Notes under the pieces: model-generated | Seen by the model: only the letters and a program-made list of their open reading frames with translations | What the model was told of the DNA's origin: nothing | Databases searched by the model: none | From: an uncultured Thermococci archaeon | GTDB lineage: Archaea; Methanobacteriota_B; Thermococci; Thermococcales; Thermococcaceae | DNA length: 11,616 nucleotides | Direction of reading: 5' to 3' | NCBI GenBank assembly: GCA_964615185.1 | Contig: CAZTOS010000007.1 | Location: 32,370 to 43,985, forward strand | In this document: in pieces, positions 1 to 7,796 of the stretch | Layout of the letters: each line of letters starts with the position of its first letter | Position numbering within the stretch: the stretch's first letter is position 1 | Program-made: the position numbers and the translations under genes

Positions 1-18
1 CATTTCTCTCCCTCCAAT
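1..18. repeat. Direct repeat copy 1 (RBS + start codon of the next minus-strand gene beyond the window)
   Basis: catttctctccctccaat; 16/18 identical to 657-674. Minus strand reads attggagggagagaaATG. Confidence 0.6.
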
Positions 19-491
19 AAACTTTGCATTTCACTCAAAGATTTTTGTCGTACTAAAATGGAAGGTATTCCCAATGTTTCAGCATGCTTCACCATTTTTT
101 CGTCATCACTAATTAGCAGTGTGCCAAACATTTTTGCTACTGCCAGAAAATATGTATCCAATCCCGAAGCACCGGTTTTACATGCAATGTCAAGAGCAAT
201 TTCCTTAATTTCCGCTTCTTCAATTATGGTAAATGAATTCTCTATACCCGTAGCAAACTCTTTTGCAATTTCCTCATTCCTAATCAATCGTTTTATGACA
301 CTTGCTGTCTCTATGACAATTGGATATGGGACATAAACATCAAAGGACATAATCTTCCTGAGGATCAATCTGCATTTTTCATGAGTTTCCAGCCCACGCT
401 CTATTACATGAGAAGGAATATTTTTTGGTTTAAAAAATGCCTTGATTATTATATTGGTATCAACAGTAAACTTTTTTTCGCCCCCTAACAT
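1..491 (-). CDS. vapC: PIN-domain (VapC-type) ribonuclease toxin, about 163 aa; stop codon probably cut by the window edge
   Basis: Manually translated (not in ORF track): ATG at 491, MLGGEKKFTVDTNIIIKAFF...VIETASV...SGLDTYFLAVAK...LLISDDEKM...LLEGEK, then 'TG' at positions 2-1 (probably TGA). PIN acidic residues are present (VDTN, E, D, SDD). Confidence 0.9.
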   Translation of the reverse strand, partial: MLGGEKKFTVDTNIIIKAFFKPKNIPSHVIERGLETHEKCRLILRKIMSFDVYVPYPIVIETASVIKRLIRNEEIAKEFATGIENSFTIIEEAEIKEIALDIACKTGASGLDTYFLAVAKMFGTLLISDDEKMVKHAETLGIPSILVRQKSLSEMQSLLEGEK

Positions 492-659
492 CCTCAAGCA
501 CTTCCTCAATGTTTTCAGAAGTTTCAAATTGGTATTTTTTAGAAGGTCAACTATTGTAGGCCCAATAATAACCTTAACTTTTGCCCCTTTTGGTAGGTTT
601 ACTCTTTTTAAAGGTTTGAATACCTCCCCATCATATACGGCCTCAACTACCTTAGTCAT
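460..659 (-). pseudogene. AF2212/DUF104-like antitoxin, frameshifted (or recoded) at an A6 run
   Basis: ATG at 659 (ATGA overlap with the DUF123 stop), MTKVVEAVYDGEVFKPLKRVNLPKGAKVKVII is the AF2212 signature. The zero frame has no stop and runs into the toxin. The -1 frame after 540-534 gives YQFETSENIEEVLEDVRGRKKVYC and TGA at 462-460, a 66-aa product. Confidence 0.8.
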
Positions 660-1099
660 CTTTCTCCCTCCAATTCTCTAACTTCATCAGGACTTTTAAC
701 ACTTTTCCACTTTAATCCCAATTTTTGGAGAATATCAGTTAAGATTTTATCCGGTTCATCTTTGAAATAATAGAGATTTGAGCCTATTTTTAAATCGCTC
801 GCCCCAAATCCTTCAACGGGCTTTCCGAATTTAGAAACCTCCATTGAGAGCTCCTCTTCGATTTTTACATTACTTGGAATTATATAAGCCCTCAGAAGCT
901 CGGATTCTTTAAGAAGAAAATCAATATGCCAGTGAAGCTTTTTGTCTTTTTTAAAGTGCCTCTCAACTCTCTTCTCAAGGGAGTTCATTGCAGAGCCCAC
1001 ATAGACATAATACCCTGCTTTAAGGGGAAACTCTTTTCTTTTGGTTCGTACAATCATGTCTCTTTCGACTTTAATGACTAAGAAATATGAGCCCCTCAT
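656..1099 (-). CDS. DUF123 / GIY-YIG (Uri superfamily) nuclease-like protein, 147 aa
   Basis: GSYFL...GYYVYVGSA...RVERH...KLHWHIDFL...GFGASD motifs typical of archaeal DUF123; AGGTGA RBS just upstream. Confidence 0.85.
   Translation of the reverse strand: MRGSYFLVIKVERDMIVRTKRKEFPLKAGYYVYVGSAMNSLEKRVERHFKKDKKLHWHIDFLLKESELLRAYIIPSNVKIEEELSMEVSKFGKPVEGFGASDLKIGSNLYYFKDEPDKILTDILQKLGLKWKSVKSPDEVRELEGER
657..674. repeat. Direct repeat copy 2 (RBS + start codon of the antitoxin)
   Basis: catctttctccctccaat; minus strand reads attggagggagaaagATG. Confidence 0.6.
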
Positions 1100-1120
1100 A
1101 ATATCACCTTACAAAGAAGA

Positions 1121-1129
1121 TTTTATAAA
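1121..1129 (+). promoter_or_regulatory. TATA box (TTTTATAAA) with purine-rich BRE, probably for the DUF2095 gene
   Basis: aagaaga-ttttataaa lies about 30 nt upstream of ATG 1161; core TTTATAAA is palindromic within a divergent intergenic region. Confidence 0.55.
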
Positions 1130-1160
1130 CTAACCTCCAACCCATTATTAGGTGGAATTA

Positions 1161-1559
1161 ATGGACAAGAAAAAGAAGAAACCTGTTGATGAATTCGCTT
1201 GGCAGGAATATGATAAGGAGGAGTTTAGAGAAAAATTCCCCGCCTTAGCTGAAGAGCTTGAAGAAAGGGAAGGTATTGTTATTAAAGGTTATCGTATAGA
1301 TGAATTCCAAGTTCTTGAAGAGGAGGAGCTAGAAGATGAGAAGATAAATTTTTCAGGGTATAACCCTACAGTGATTGATTTCTTAAGAAGATGTGAAACC
1401 GATGAAGAGGCTTTAGAAATTATCAACTGGCTTGAGGAAAGGGGGGAAATAACTCACGAGATGGCTAAGGACTTAAGGATTACCCTTGTCAAGAAAGGAG
1501 TCAGAGCTTTTGGACCAAAGAAGGAGTGGGGCTGGTACGAAAGACATGGAAAGCATTAA
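1161..1559 (+). CDS. DUF2095 family conserved archaeal protein
   Basis: GYNPTVIDFLRRC..DEEALEIINWLEERGEI...GVRAFG.KKE.GWY motif. Start moved from GTG 1152 to ATG 1161 because AGGTGG at 1150-1155 is a well-spaced RBS. Confidence 0.8.
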   Translation: MDKKKKKPVDEFAWQEYDKEEFREKFPALAEELEEREGIVIKGYRIDEFQVLEEEELEDEKINFSGYNPTVIDFLRRCETDEEALEIINWLEERGEITHEMAKDLRITLVKKGVRAFGPKKEWGWYERHGKH

Positions 1560-1573
1560 AAGAGGGAAAGAAG

Positions 1574-3085
1574 CTAAATATTTCCTATCCTCTGGAGAAC
1601 CATCCCTTCAATTCTTATTGGCTCTGTCCTTCTTGCGTAGACAATTGCCTGCTCAAGTCTTGCTTCACTTTCTGCGTAAATTTTGAACAATGGGTCACCT
1701 TCCTTGACTTTCTCTCCAACCTTAACATAAAGTTCAAGTCCAGCTCCCTTGTCTTCTGGTGCTCCAGCCGCTCTTGCAATTCCTGTTATAGCTTTGTTGT
1801 CAATAAACGTTATATATCCGCTTGTTGGTGCTGTGAATGTGTACGTTTTGTCCCCAATCGGAATTTCCTCTGGCTTAATATCTGGATTTCCTCCCTGTTC
1901 TTCAATGATTTCTCTCATCTTCTGGTATGCTTTTCCGCTCCCGAGAATTTCTTTTGCCATTTTCTTACCCATTCCAGCTGGTGCAACACCACCCATCTCT
2001 AATAGGATTCCTGCCAAGCCCGTTGCCTTCTCAACGAGGCTTCCAGGGCCTTTTCCGGTCATGAGTGTCTGCAGTGCTTCTTTAGCCTCAAGGGCTGGAC
2101 CAACTGTGTGTCCAACTGGCTGTCCGCCATAAGTTATTGCAACCTCAACATACTGTCCCAATCTCTTTCCAAGCTCAATGAAGTCTCTTGCTAATGACCT
2201 GGCTTCCTCCATTGTTTCAACTTTAACTCCCTTACCGGTTGGAATGTCAATTAAAATGTACTGAGAACCCATTGCGTACTTCTTTGACATGATACTTGCA
2301 AGCATTAATCCTCTTGGGTCAATGCTTAGGGCTCTCTCTGCCTTAATTGTTATATCATCAGCTGGGGCTAAGTTCAATGCTCCTCCCCACACGAGGCAAG
2401 CGCCGATCTTTTCAACAATTCTCTTAATCTCGTCCAAGCTAAATGATACGTTTGTAAGCACTTCAACAACATCAGCTGTTCCTGCCGCACTTGTGATGGC
2501 TCTTGATGATGTCTTTGGAATTGTTAATCCAGCGGCGGCAACAATTGGAACAACAAGAATGTTTGTCTTGTTTCCTGGAACTCCCCCAATGCTGTGAACG
2601 TCCATAATCGGCTTTCTGTCTATGTCCAGCATATCACCTGTCTCTGCCATTGCAACGGTGAGTGCGGCAATTTCATCCATGTCAAGACCATTAACCTCAA
2701 GAGCAGTGACAAATGCGCTGATTTCAATTTCTCTAAGCTTTCTATCAACAATATCCTTAATTACGCTCTCAATCTCAACTTTTCTCAGCTTTGCTCCATG
2801 CATCTTTTTCTTTATGTAACGTATGCTTTCTGGGGTTCCTGCTGGGGCTATGTTAACAATCTCTCCCTGAGAAAAGCTATGTACTTGGAGAATATCCTTG
2901 CTTAATCCAATTTCCCCTTCTTCAACCATATTGCTTATCACAACATCTCCATATACTGTTTTTTTGCCACTCTCAATTCTAACTAAATCTTCTGGATGTA
3001 ATTTAACTTTTTTAGCATCCTTCTCATTTATAACCACAACAAATCTCCCGGTGTATACATCGAGAATCCTTATCTTCGCCTTCAT
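1574..3085 (-). CDS. deoA: AMP phosphorylase (archaeal thymidine-phosphorylase family, pentose bisphosphate pathway), 503 aa
   Basis: [36 protein letters not shown] motifs plus the N-terminal extra domain of archaeal AMP phosphorylases. GGAGG RBS supports a start at 3085 (MKAKIRIL) rather than 3118. Confidence 0.95.
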   Translation of the reverse strand: MKAKIRILDVYTGRFVVVINEKDAKKVKLHPEDLVRIESGKKTVYGDVVISNMVEEGEIGLSKDILQVHSFSQGEIVNIAPAGTPESIRYIKKKMHGAKLRKVEIESVIKDIVDRKLREIEISAFVTALEVNGLDMDEIAALTVAMAETGDMLDIDRKPIMDVHSIGGVPGNKTNILVVPIVAAAGLTIPKTSSRAITSAAGTADVVEVLTNVSFSLDEIKRIVEKIGACLVWGGALNLAPADDITIKAERALSIDPRGLMLASIMSKKYAMGSQYILIDIPTGKGVKVETMEEARSLARDFIELGKRLGQYVEVAITYGGQPVGHTVGPALEAKEALQTLMTGKGPGSLVEKATGLAGILLEMGGVAPAGMGKKMAKEILGSGKAYQKMREIIEEQGGNPDIKPEEIPIGDKTYTFTAPTSGYITFIDNKAITGIARAAGAPEDKGAGLELYVKVGEKVKEGDPLFKIYAESEARLEQAIVYARRTEPIRIEGMVLQRIGNI

Positions 3086-3132
3086 ATTCATCCCTCCAAA
3101 AGGCTGGCAATACTTCATATTGAAAAAAACAC

Positions 3133-3147
3133 TACTTAAAGATTTTT
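3133..3147 (-). promoter_or_regulatory. BRE/TATA-like promoter of AMP phosphorylase
   Basis: Minus strand reads AAAAATC-TTTAAGTA about 50 nt upstream of the start codon. Confidence 0.45.
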
Positions 3148-3221
3148 AACTAACTTATGAAAAATTTTGAAGCTATTGAAAAGAATAGACACAAAAATCT
3201 GTAAAGGAACAAAGGTATGCT

Positions 3222-3473
3222 CTAAGCAGTAATGCCCTTTGAAAAGTTTGGTAATGCGAATTTCAGCAAGTTTGTATCTCTGGAGAGAAGCGTAAACACC
3301 TTCAGAACGTCATGTGCCACTTTTTTTAATTCCTCTGGAAGAACAGCATCCTTTCCGTATGCATAATATATCACCTCATCAAGGGGGGCGCTTATAAGCT
3401 TACCATTAAAGAGATATACTTCTTTCTCTGTTATTTCTACCTGATATTCGGGATATGCTAACTTTACTTTCAT
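3222..3473 (-). CDS. Hypothetical protein, 83 aa
   Basis: Clean ORF with strong RBS (GGAGGTGG) upstream, AT-rich promoter region and T-rich downstream sequence; no family recognised. Confidence 0.75.
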   Translation of the reverse strand: MKVKLAYPEYQVEITEKEVYLFNGKLISAPLDEVIYYAYGKDAVLPEELKKVAHDVLKVFTLLSRDTNLLKFALPNFSKGITA

Positions 3474-3605
3474 AGCGCCCCACCTCCAATATATAATAAC
3501 AATAAGGCTACATTTTTAAAATTAACGCTGTAAAATCTTTAGTTACTATATTAAAACTAAAAATCATAATAAATCAAAGAATTAAAAGTGAAGTAGAGGG
3601 GTAAT

Positions 3606-4427
3606 TCACTTCTCTTCTATTTCTTTTTCAAGCTTTTTCTTAGCGATTTCTGATGTGTCAGCCAGGCTTCTGAAGAGCTTGAGCATTTCCATAGGAAGTG
3701 TTAGAAGTATAACATTGCTTTTGTCACTCGCAACATCGCTGATTGTTTGCAATGTTCTCAATTGCAATGCCATTGGATGTTCTGAGATTATCTCAGCGGC
3801 TTCTCTGAGCTTCTCTGCTGCTTGCCTTTCTGCTTCAGCAAGTGTTATTCTTGCTCTTCTTTCTCTCTCTGCTTCAGCCTGTCTTGCCATTGCCCTCTGC
3901 ATTCCACTTGGCAACTCAACGTCTTTTATCTCAACGGTTGTTACCTTAATTCCCCAAGGGTCAGTTGCTTCGTCTATAATCCTCTGCAATTCTCTGTTTA
4001 ATTTTTCTCTCTCACTCAAAAGCTCATCCAAATGTGCCTGGCCTATTACACTTCTCAAGGTCGTCTGGGCAATTTGTGAGGTTGCCATGATGTAGTTCTT
4101 AACTTGTGTAACTGCCTTAATTGGATCCACAACCCTGAAATATACAACCGCATTAACTCTAACTGGAACGTTGTCTTTGGTTATTGTTTCCTGCACTGGA
4201 ACGTCTAAAACTTGAGTTCTTAAGTCCACTATAACTGCTTTTTCAAAAATTGGGATTATGAAGAACAGACCCGGCCCTCTTGCTCCAACAACTCTTCCTA
4301 AACGGAATATCACTGCTCTTTCGTATTCCTTGACTATTTTCAGTGCTGAACTCAAAAACACTAAAATAAACAACAAAACAATTGCCGTTACGATAAAGCT
4401 TCCACCAATAAAGCCTACCATTTTCAT
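3606..4427 (-). CDS. Stomatin-like SPFH/band-7 (slipin) membrane protein, 273 aa
   Basis: N-terminal hydrophobic segment, [49 protein letters not shown] coiled coil, [13 protein letters not shown] overlap with nfeD. Confidence 0.95.
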   Translation of the reverse strand: MKMVGFIGGSFIVTAIVLLFILVFLSSALKIVKEYERAVIFRLGRVVGARGPGLFFIIPIFEKAVIVDLRTQVLDVPVQETITKDNVPVRVNAVVYFRVVDPIKAVTQVKNYIMATSQIAQTTLRSVIGQAHLDELLSEREKLNRELQRIIDEATDPWGIKVTTVEIKDVELPSGMQRAMARQAEAERERRARITLAEAERQAAEKLREAAEIISEHPMALQLRTLQTISDVASDKSNVILLTLPMEMLKLFRSLADTSEIAKKKLEKEIEEK

Positions 4428-5773
4428 CCACCACCTTTGCTTCCTTCTTTAAGCCTTTTCTCTTTTTCTCTAACAACAATGAGTTTTAACCCCTCCATTC
4501 CAACAACTCTAACTTTTTCACCAATATCTATTTTCTCTCCGGTTTTGCTGACTGCTCTCCAAAGTTCGCCTCTAACCTTTATCATGCCCTCTGGAACAAG
4601 TGGCTCAATGACCTCCCCCTCAAGATCTATCATCTCTTCTTTTCCTGTTTGGGCCTTTCTCCTATGAGCTCTTATCACTGTAGCCATTCCAAAGGTGAAA
4701 AAGACCGCCAATAGAATGCCTATTGTTATTATTACTACTCTGAGCTGGCTGTAAACTTCCTTGCTTACTAAATAATCCACGCCACCACCTCCACTGAATA
4801 GGAATATGCTCCCTAAAACAAACGATATGAAGCCCGCAACAGTAAAGAGACCGAAGGTCGGAGTTAACGCTTCAGCTATGAAGAAAATAATTGCAAGGAA
4901 TATCAGCAAAAGCCCAGCACTTCTGTAGCCGAAGTATCCCAAGCCAATTATTGCAAGAGCAATCATTATTGCCCCAGCAGTTTCTGGAACATGCCATCCT
5001 GGACTTAAGAATCCCAGAATCAGCGCCCAAATTCCGAGAGTTAAGAGAACATATGCTACCACTGGATCAGTTATGTATGTAATCAACTTGTCCTTAAATG
5101 TTGGTTTCAGATAAACTACCTGAGCACCCTTTAAACTGAGTGTCACGTATTTGCCGTTAACAGGTAGTTTAGTTTTCATTCCATCAGCTTTGTTAAGGAG
5201 ATCATTCAGATCATGCGCTATGACCTCGATGACATGATATTTTAATGCTTCCTCAGGTGTTAAACTTAAATCCTCGGTTATGAATTTTTCAACAATTGTT
5301 GCGTTTCTTCCACTTGCCTCTGCTAAACTCTTGATATAGGCTACATAAAAATTTGTTATCTTAGCCGGTGCCTCAATTATGCTTCCGTTTTGAGAATAAC
5401 CGAGGATTGGTCTACAGGCCCCAATACCTGTCCCTGGTGCCATTGCTATTAAGTGAGATCCCAATGCTATGTAGGTTCCAGCAGAGGCTGCCATGGCTCC
5501 AGAAGGATAAACATATATTATTACTGGAACTTTTGCAGTTTGAATTCTCTGTATTATATTCTGCATGGCATCTCCTCTTCCTCCAGATGTGTCAAGCTCA
5601 ATGATTACAGCATTAGCATTGGCTTTTTCTGCCTCACTTATGTATCTATCAAACTGGTCATAGGTATATGAGGTTATTTGACCCTTAATCTGAGCCACAT
5701 AAACCGTCTTAGCCTGAGCAAATCCAGGTGTGAGAAGGATAAGGAATGCTATGACCAGTAAAACTTTTCGCAT
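4424..5773 (-). CDS. nfeD: Long-form NfeD / stomatin operon partner protease (ClpP-like serine protease + membrane domain + C-terminal OB fold), 449 aa
   Basis: Signal peptide, [15 protein letters not shown] (catalytic Ser region), APAKITN (Lys), multi-TM block, GELWRA C-terminal NfeD motif; adjacent to stomatin like P. horikoshii PH1510/PH1511. Confidence 0.95.
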   Translation of the reverse strand: MRKVLLVIAFLILLTPGFAQAKTVYVAQIKGQITSYTYDQFDRYISEAEKANANAVIIELDTSGGRGDAMQNIIQRIQTAKVPVIIYVYPSGAMAASAGTYIALGSHLIAMAPGTGIGACRPILGYSQNGSIIEAPAKITNFYVAYIKSLAEASGRNATIVEKFITEDLSLTPEEALKYHVIEVIAHDLNDLLNKADGMKTKLPVNGKYVTLSLKGAQVVYLKPTFKDKLITYITDPVVAYVLLTLGIWALILGFLSPGWHVPETAGAIMIALAIIGLGYFGYRSAGLLLIFLAIIFFIAEALTPTFGLFTVAGFISFVLGSIFLFSGGGGVDYLVSKEVYSQLRVVIITIGILLAVFFTFGMATVIRAHRRKAQTGKEEMIDLEGEVIEPLVPEGMIKVRGELWRAVSKTGEKIDIGEKVRVVGMEGLKLIVVREKEKRLKEGSKGGG

Positions 5774-5808
5774 TTATCACCACCTTGTATAAAATTTGTT
5801 TCTTCGAC

Positions 5809-5825
5809 CTAATTAAAGTTTTCTC
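5809..5825 (-). promoter_or_regulatory. BRE/TATA promoter of nfeD-stomatin operon
   Basis: Minus strand GAGAAAAC-TTTAATTA about 40 nt upstream of ATG, followed by RBS AAGGTGGTGA. Confidence 0.55.
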
Positions 5826-5870
5826 TCAGATTCTCTAATTAGCGTTTAGATTCATGTTGAAATTTAGGCC

Positions 5871-5909
5871 AAAATCTCGAAAAAACTAATAAAGAAAGAG
5901 CGAGATTTT
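5871..5909. promoter_or_regulatory. Perfect 9-bp inverted repeat flanking a BRE/TATA-like element upstream of the alkA operon
   Basis: AAAATCTCG (5871-5879), 21-nt spacer containing AAAAAACTAATAAAG, then CGAGATTTT (5901-5909); ATG at 5923. Confidence 0.5.
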
Positions 5910-5922
5910 TTACTGATGGATT

Positions 5923-6210
5923 ATGAGAGAAGAAATCAAGAAGTTTAAGGTTGTTAGAGGGAATGAAAAAATTAAAATCGCATGGAAGGTTGTACGAAGT
6001 GCGGCAAAGTACTCGAATAAAGAACCATTTTGGGAATTCCTAAGGAAACAGTTTGGAATAAAAGACAGAGAAATCAAAGAGATTATGCTGTTCTTGGAGG
6101 AAGTGGGTGAATTGGAAATTAAGCGTTCTCAAGATGGAAAACACCTTTATGTATCTACCCTAAAGGATATAAAGGAAAATCCAGTCAAACTTGATCAATG
6201 GTTGAAATGA
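5923..6210 (+). CDS. Hypothetical 95-aa protein, winged-helix-like pattern
   Basis: FLRKQFGIKDREIKEIMLFLEEVGELEIKRSQDGKHLYVS resembles HTH plus wing; overlaps the alkA start. Fold is inference. Confidence 0.7.
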   Translation: MREEIKKFKVVRGNEKIKIAWKVVRSAAKYSNKEPFWEFLRKQFGIKDREIKEIMLFLEEVGELEIKRSQDGKHLYVSTLKDIKENPVKLDQWLK

Positions 6211-7028
6211 TAGACCTCAAAAAAGTAACCCACGAGATGATAAAGAACAAAACTTGGAAATATGAGAGGGGAGTATTCTGGCAGGCTTTAGATCATGGCA
6301 TAGCTGGTTTTGATGGAGAGAACTTTTATTTGCCATATTATCTCTCATCGAAAGAAAAGAAAGATGCAAAAGAGAAAATTAGGTTCATTCTTGGGCTTAA
6401 TACTGATTTGGAGAAATTTTATGGTGAAATTCAGGATTCAAAGTTTGCATTCCTTATTGAGGAGTTTTATGGATTAACAATTCCAGCTGCTCCATATAAG
6501 TATCAAGCTCTGGTTGAGACAATAGCTCAACAACAAGTTAGCTTTGAATTTGCCATGAGAACTATTAGGAACCTGGTCGAGTTAGCCGGTAAGAAAATTG
6601 GAAGCCTGTATGTTTTTCCAAAGCCAGAAAATATAGCAAAGCTGAGTGTTGAAGAGCTAAAGAAAGCGAAACTCGGATATAGAGCAGAATACATCAAAGA
6701 ACTTTCTGAGCTTTACCTAAGGGGGAAGCTTAATTTAAGCCTTGAACATTTGACAGAGCAAGAAGCAATAAAGTATCTTACAAAGTTTCGAGGAATTGGA
6801 AAGTGGAGCGCTGAGCTTTTCCTACTGTATGGACTCAGAAAGAATGTTTATCCAGCTGGAGATTTGGGTCTGAGAAGAGGGATTGCCAAAATTTTTGGAA
6901 AGAGAACTAAAGAAGTAAAAGAGAAGGATGTGAGAGAAGTTATAGAGCCCTATGGAAAGTGGAAGAGCTTATTAGCATTCTACATCTTATGTTATGACAG
7001 GAAGACTGAAATGAAAAGAAAAAGGTGA
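6207..7028 (+). CDS. alkA: DNA-3-methyladenine glycosylase (AlkA, HhH-GPD superfamily)
   Basis: ALVETIAQQQVS, LGYRAEYI, HhH motif LTKFRGIGKWSAE, YPAGDLGLRR with catalytic Asp. Start 6207 gives an ATGA overlap (6198 is the alternative). Confidence 0.9.
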   Translation: MIDLKKVTHEMIKNKTWKYERGVFWQALDHGIAGFDGENFYLPYYLSSKEKKDAKEKIRFILGLNTDLEKFYGEIQDSKFAFLIEEFYGLTIPAAPYKYQALVETIAQQQVSFEFAMRTIRNLVELAGKKIGSLYVFPKPENIAKLSVEELKKAKLGYRAEYIKELSELYLRGKLNLSLEHLTEQEAIKYLTKFRGIGKWSAELFLLYGLRKNVYPAGDLGLRRGIAKIFGKRTKEVKEKDVREVIEPYGKWKSLLAFYILCYDRKTEMKRKR

Positions 7029-7033
7029 ACCTG

Positions 7034-7360
7034 ATGGAAATAATTCTTCCAAAAGAGAAGTTCAAAGAGCTTAAAAAGCTCAGCGGGACGGAAATCATAA
7101 AATTAATCGAAGAAAATCTCAAAAAAGCTGAAGAAACCCTAAAAGCTGAACGAGAAGCCTTTCTTAATGAGAAAAAAGCTAAGCTTGAGGAAAAGCTAAA
7201 AGAGATCGAAGAACAGCTTGAGGTTCTAGAGAGGTTTTATGAAAAAGCTCTGAAAGATAGAGAGTTCATGCGTGAGATGAGTGAAAAATTAAGAAAAGAA
7301 AACAGGGCTTTGAGAAAAGAGCTGGAGGAGAGAAAGCGTGCGCTTGAAAATAAAACCTGA
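7034..7360 (+). CDS. Hypothetical coiled-coil protein, 108 aa
   Basis: AGGTGA RBS at 7023-7028 favours ATG 7034; E/K/L-rich heptad pattern over most of the length. Confidence 0.75.
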   Translation: MEIILPKEKFKELKKLSGTEIIKLIEENLKKAEETLKAEREAFLNEKKAKLEEKLKEIEEQLEVLERFYEKALKDREFMREMSEKLRKENRALRKELEERKRALENKT

Positions 7361-7733
7361 AAGAGGATTTGGAAAAATCGAGGTTGAGATTAATGAAGAT
7401 CTCTGGAAGAAAATAAAAGATCTCGGCGAAAAATACAAGGTTAGTGAGGAGCACATCTTGAGGATAATTCTTACTGAAAACTTCAAAACCCCAAATGGAA
7501 ACGTGCAGAATCTTGAGAGAGAAGTGCAAGAGCTCGAAAAAAGAGTATATGAACTTGAAAAGAAGTGGGCACCTCTCAGATATAAAGCCTATGGAGTTAG
7601 TGAAGACAACAAAATTTTGGCTATAGAGCTGAGCGGACTTTTAGCTGAAAACACGCAGCTTAGAAGGTTTTTAAGGAAAAAGGTCAAGCCAAATTTTGAG
7701 CTTAGAAAACTTATTGAATACTACATCCGATAA
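7338..7733 (+). CDS. Hypothetical protein, ribbon-helix-helix-like N-terminus plus coiled coil, 131 aa
   Basis: GTG start with GGAGGAG RBS; IEVEINEDLWKKIKDLGEKYKVSEEHILRIIL fits the RHH strand-helix-helix pattern; LEREVQELEKRVYELEKK is a leucine-zipper-like heptad. Confidence 0.75.
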   Translation: MRLKIKPERGFGKIEVEINEDLWKKIKDLGEKYKVSEEHILRIILTENFKTPNGNVQNLEREVQELEKRVYELEKKWAPLRYKAYGVSEDNKILAIELSGLLAENTQLRRFLRKKVKPNFELRKLIEYYIR

Positions 7734-7739
7734 AATTAT

Positions 7740-7796
7740 AGCGGATGATGAGTAAATTTAAGCGGAGCGATGAAGAACCCTATGAGCGCTGACGCT
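7740..7796 (+). ncRNA. Box C/D 2'-O-methylation guide sRNA, predicted target C34 of tRNA-Met(CAU) precursor
   Basis: Box C ATGATGA 7745-7751, guide GTAAATTTAAG, D' CGGA 7763-7766, C' ATGAAGA 7770-7776, guide ACCCTATGAGCG, box D CTGA 7789-7792, terminal stem AGCG/CGCT, followed by an oligo-T tract. Confidence 0.9.

Noticed and set aside
58..681. Plus-strand ORFs 58-336 and 442-681
   Set aside because: Antisense shadows of the minus-strand toxin/antitoxin genes, which carry the recognisable motifs.
1486..3149. Several plus-strand ORFs over AMP phosphorylase
   Set aside because: Antisense shadow ORFs with no RBS or protein-like motifs.
3655..5671. Alternative ORFs over stomatin/nfeD
   Set aside because: Overlap well-supported genes; composition typical of shadow frames.
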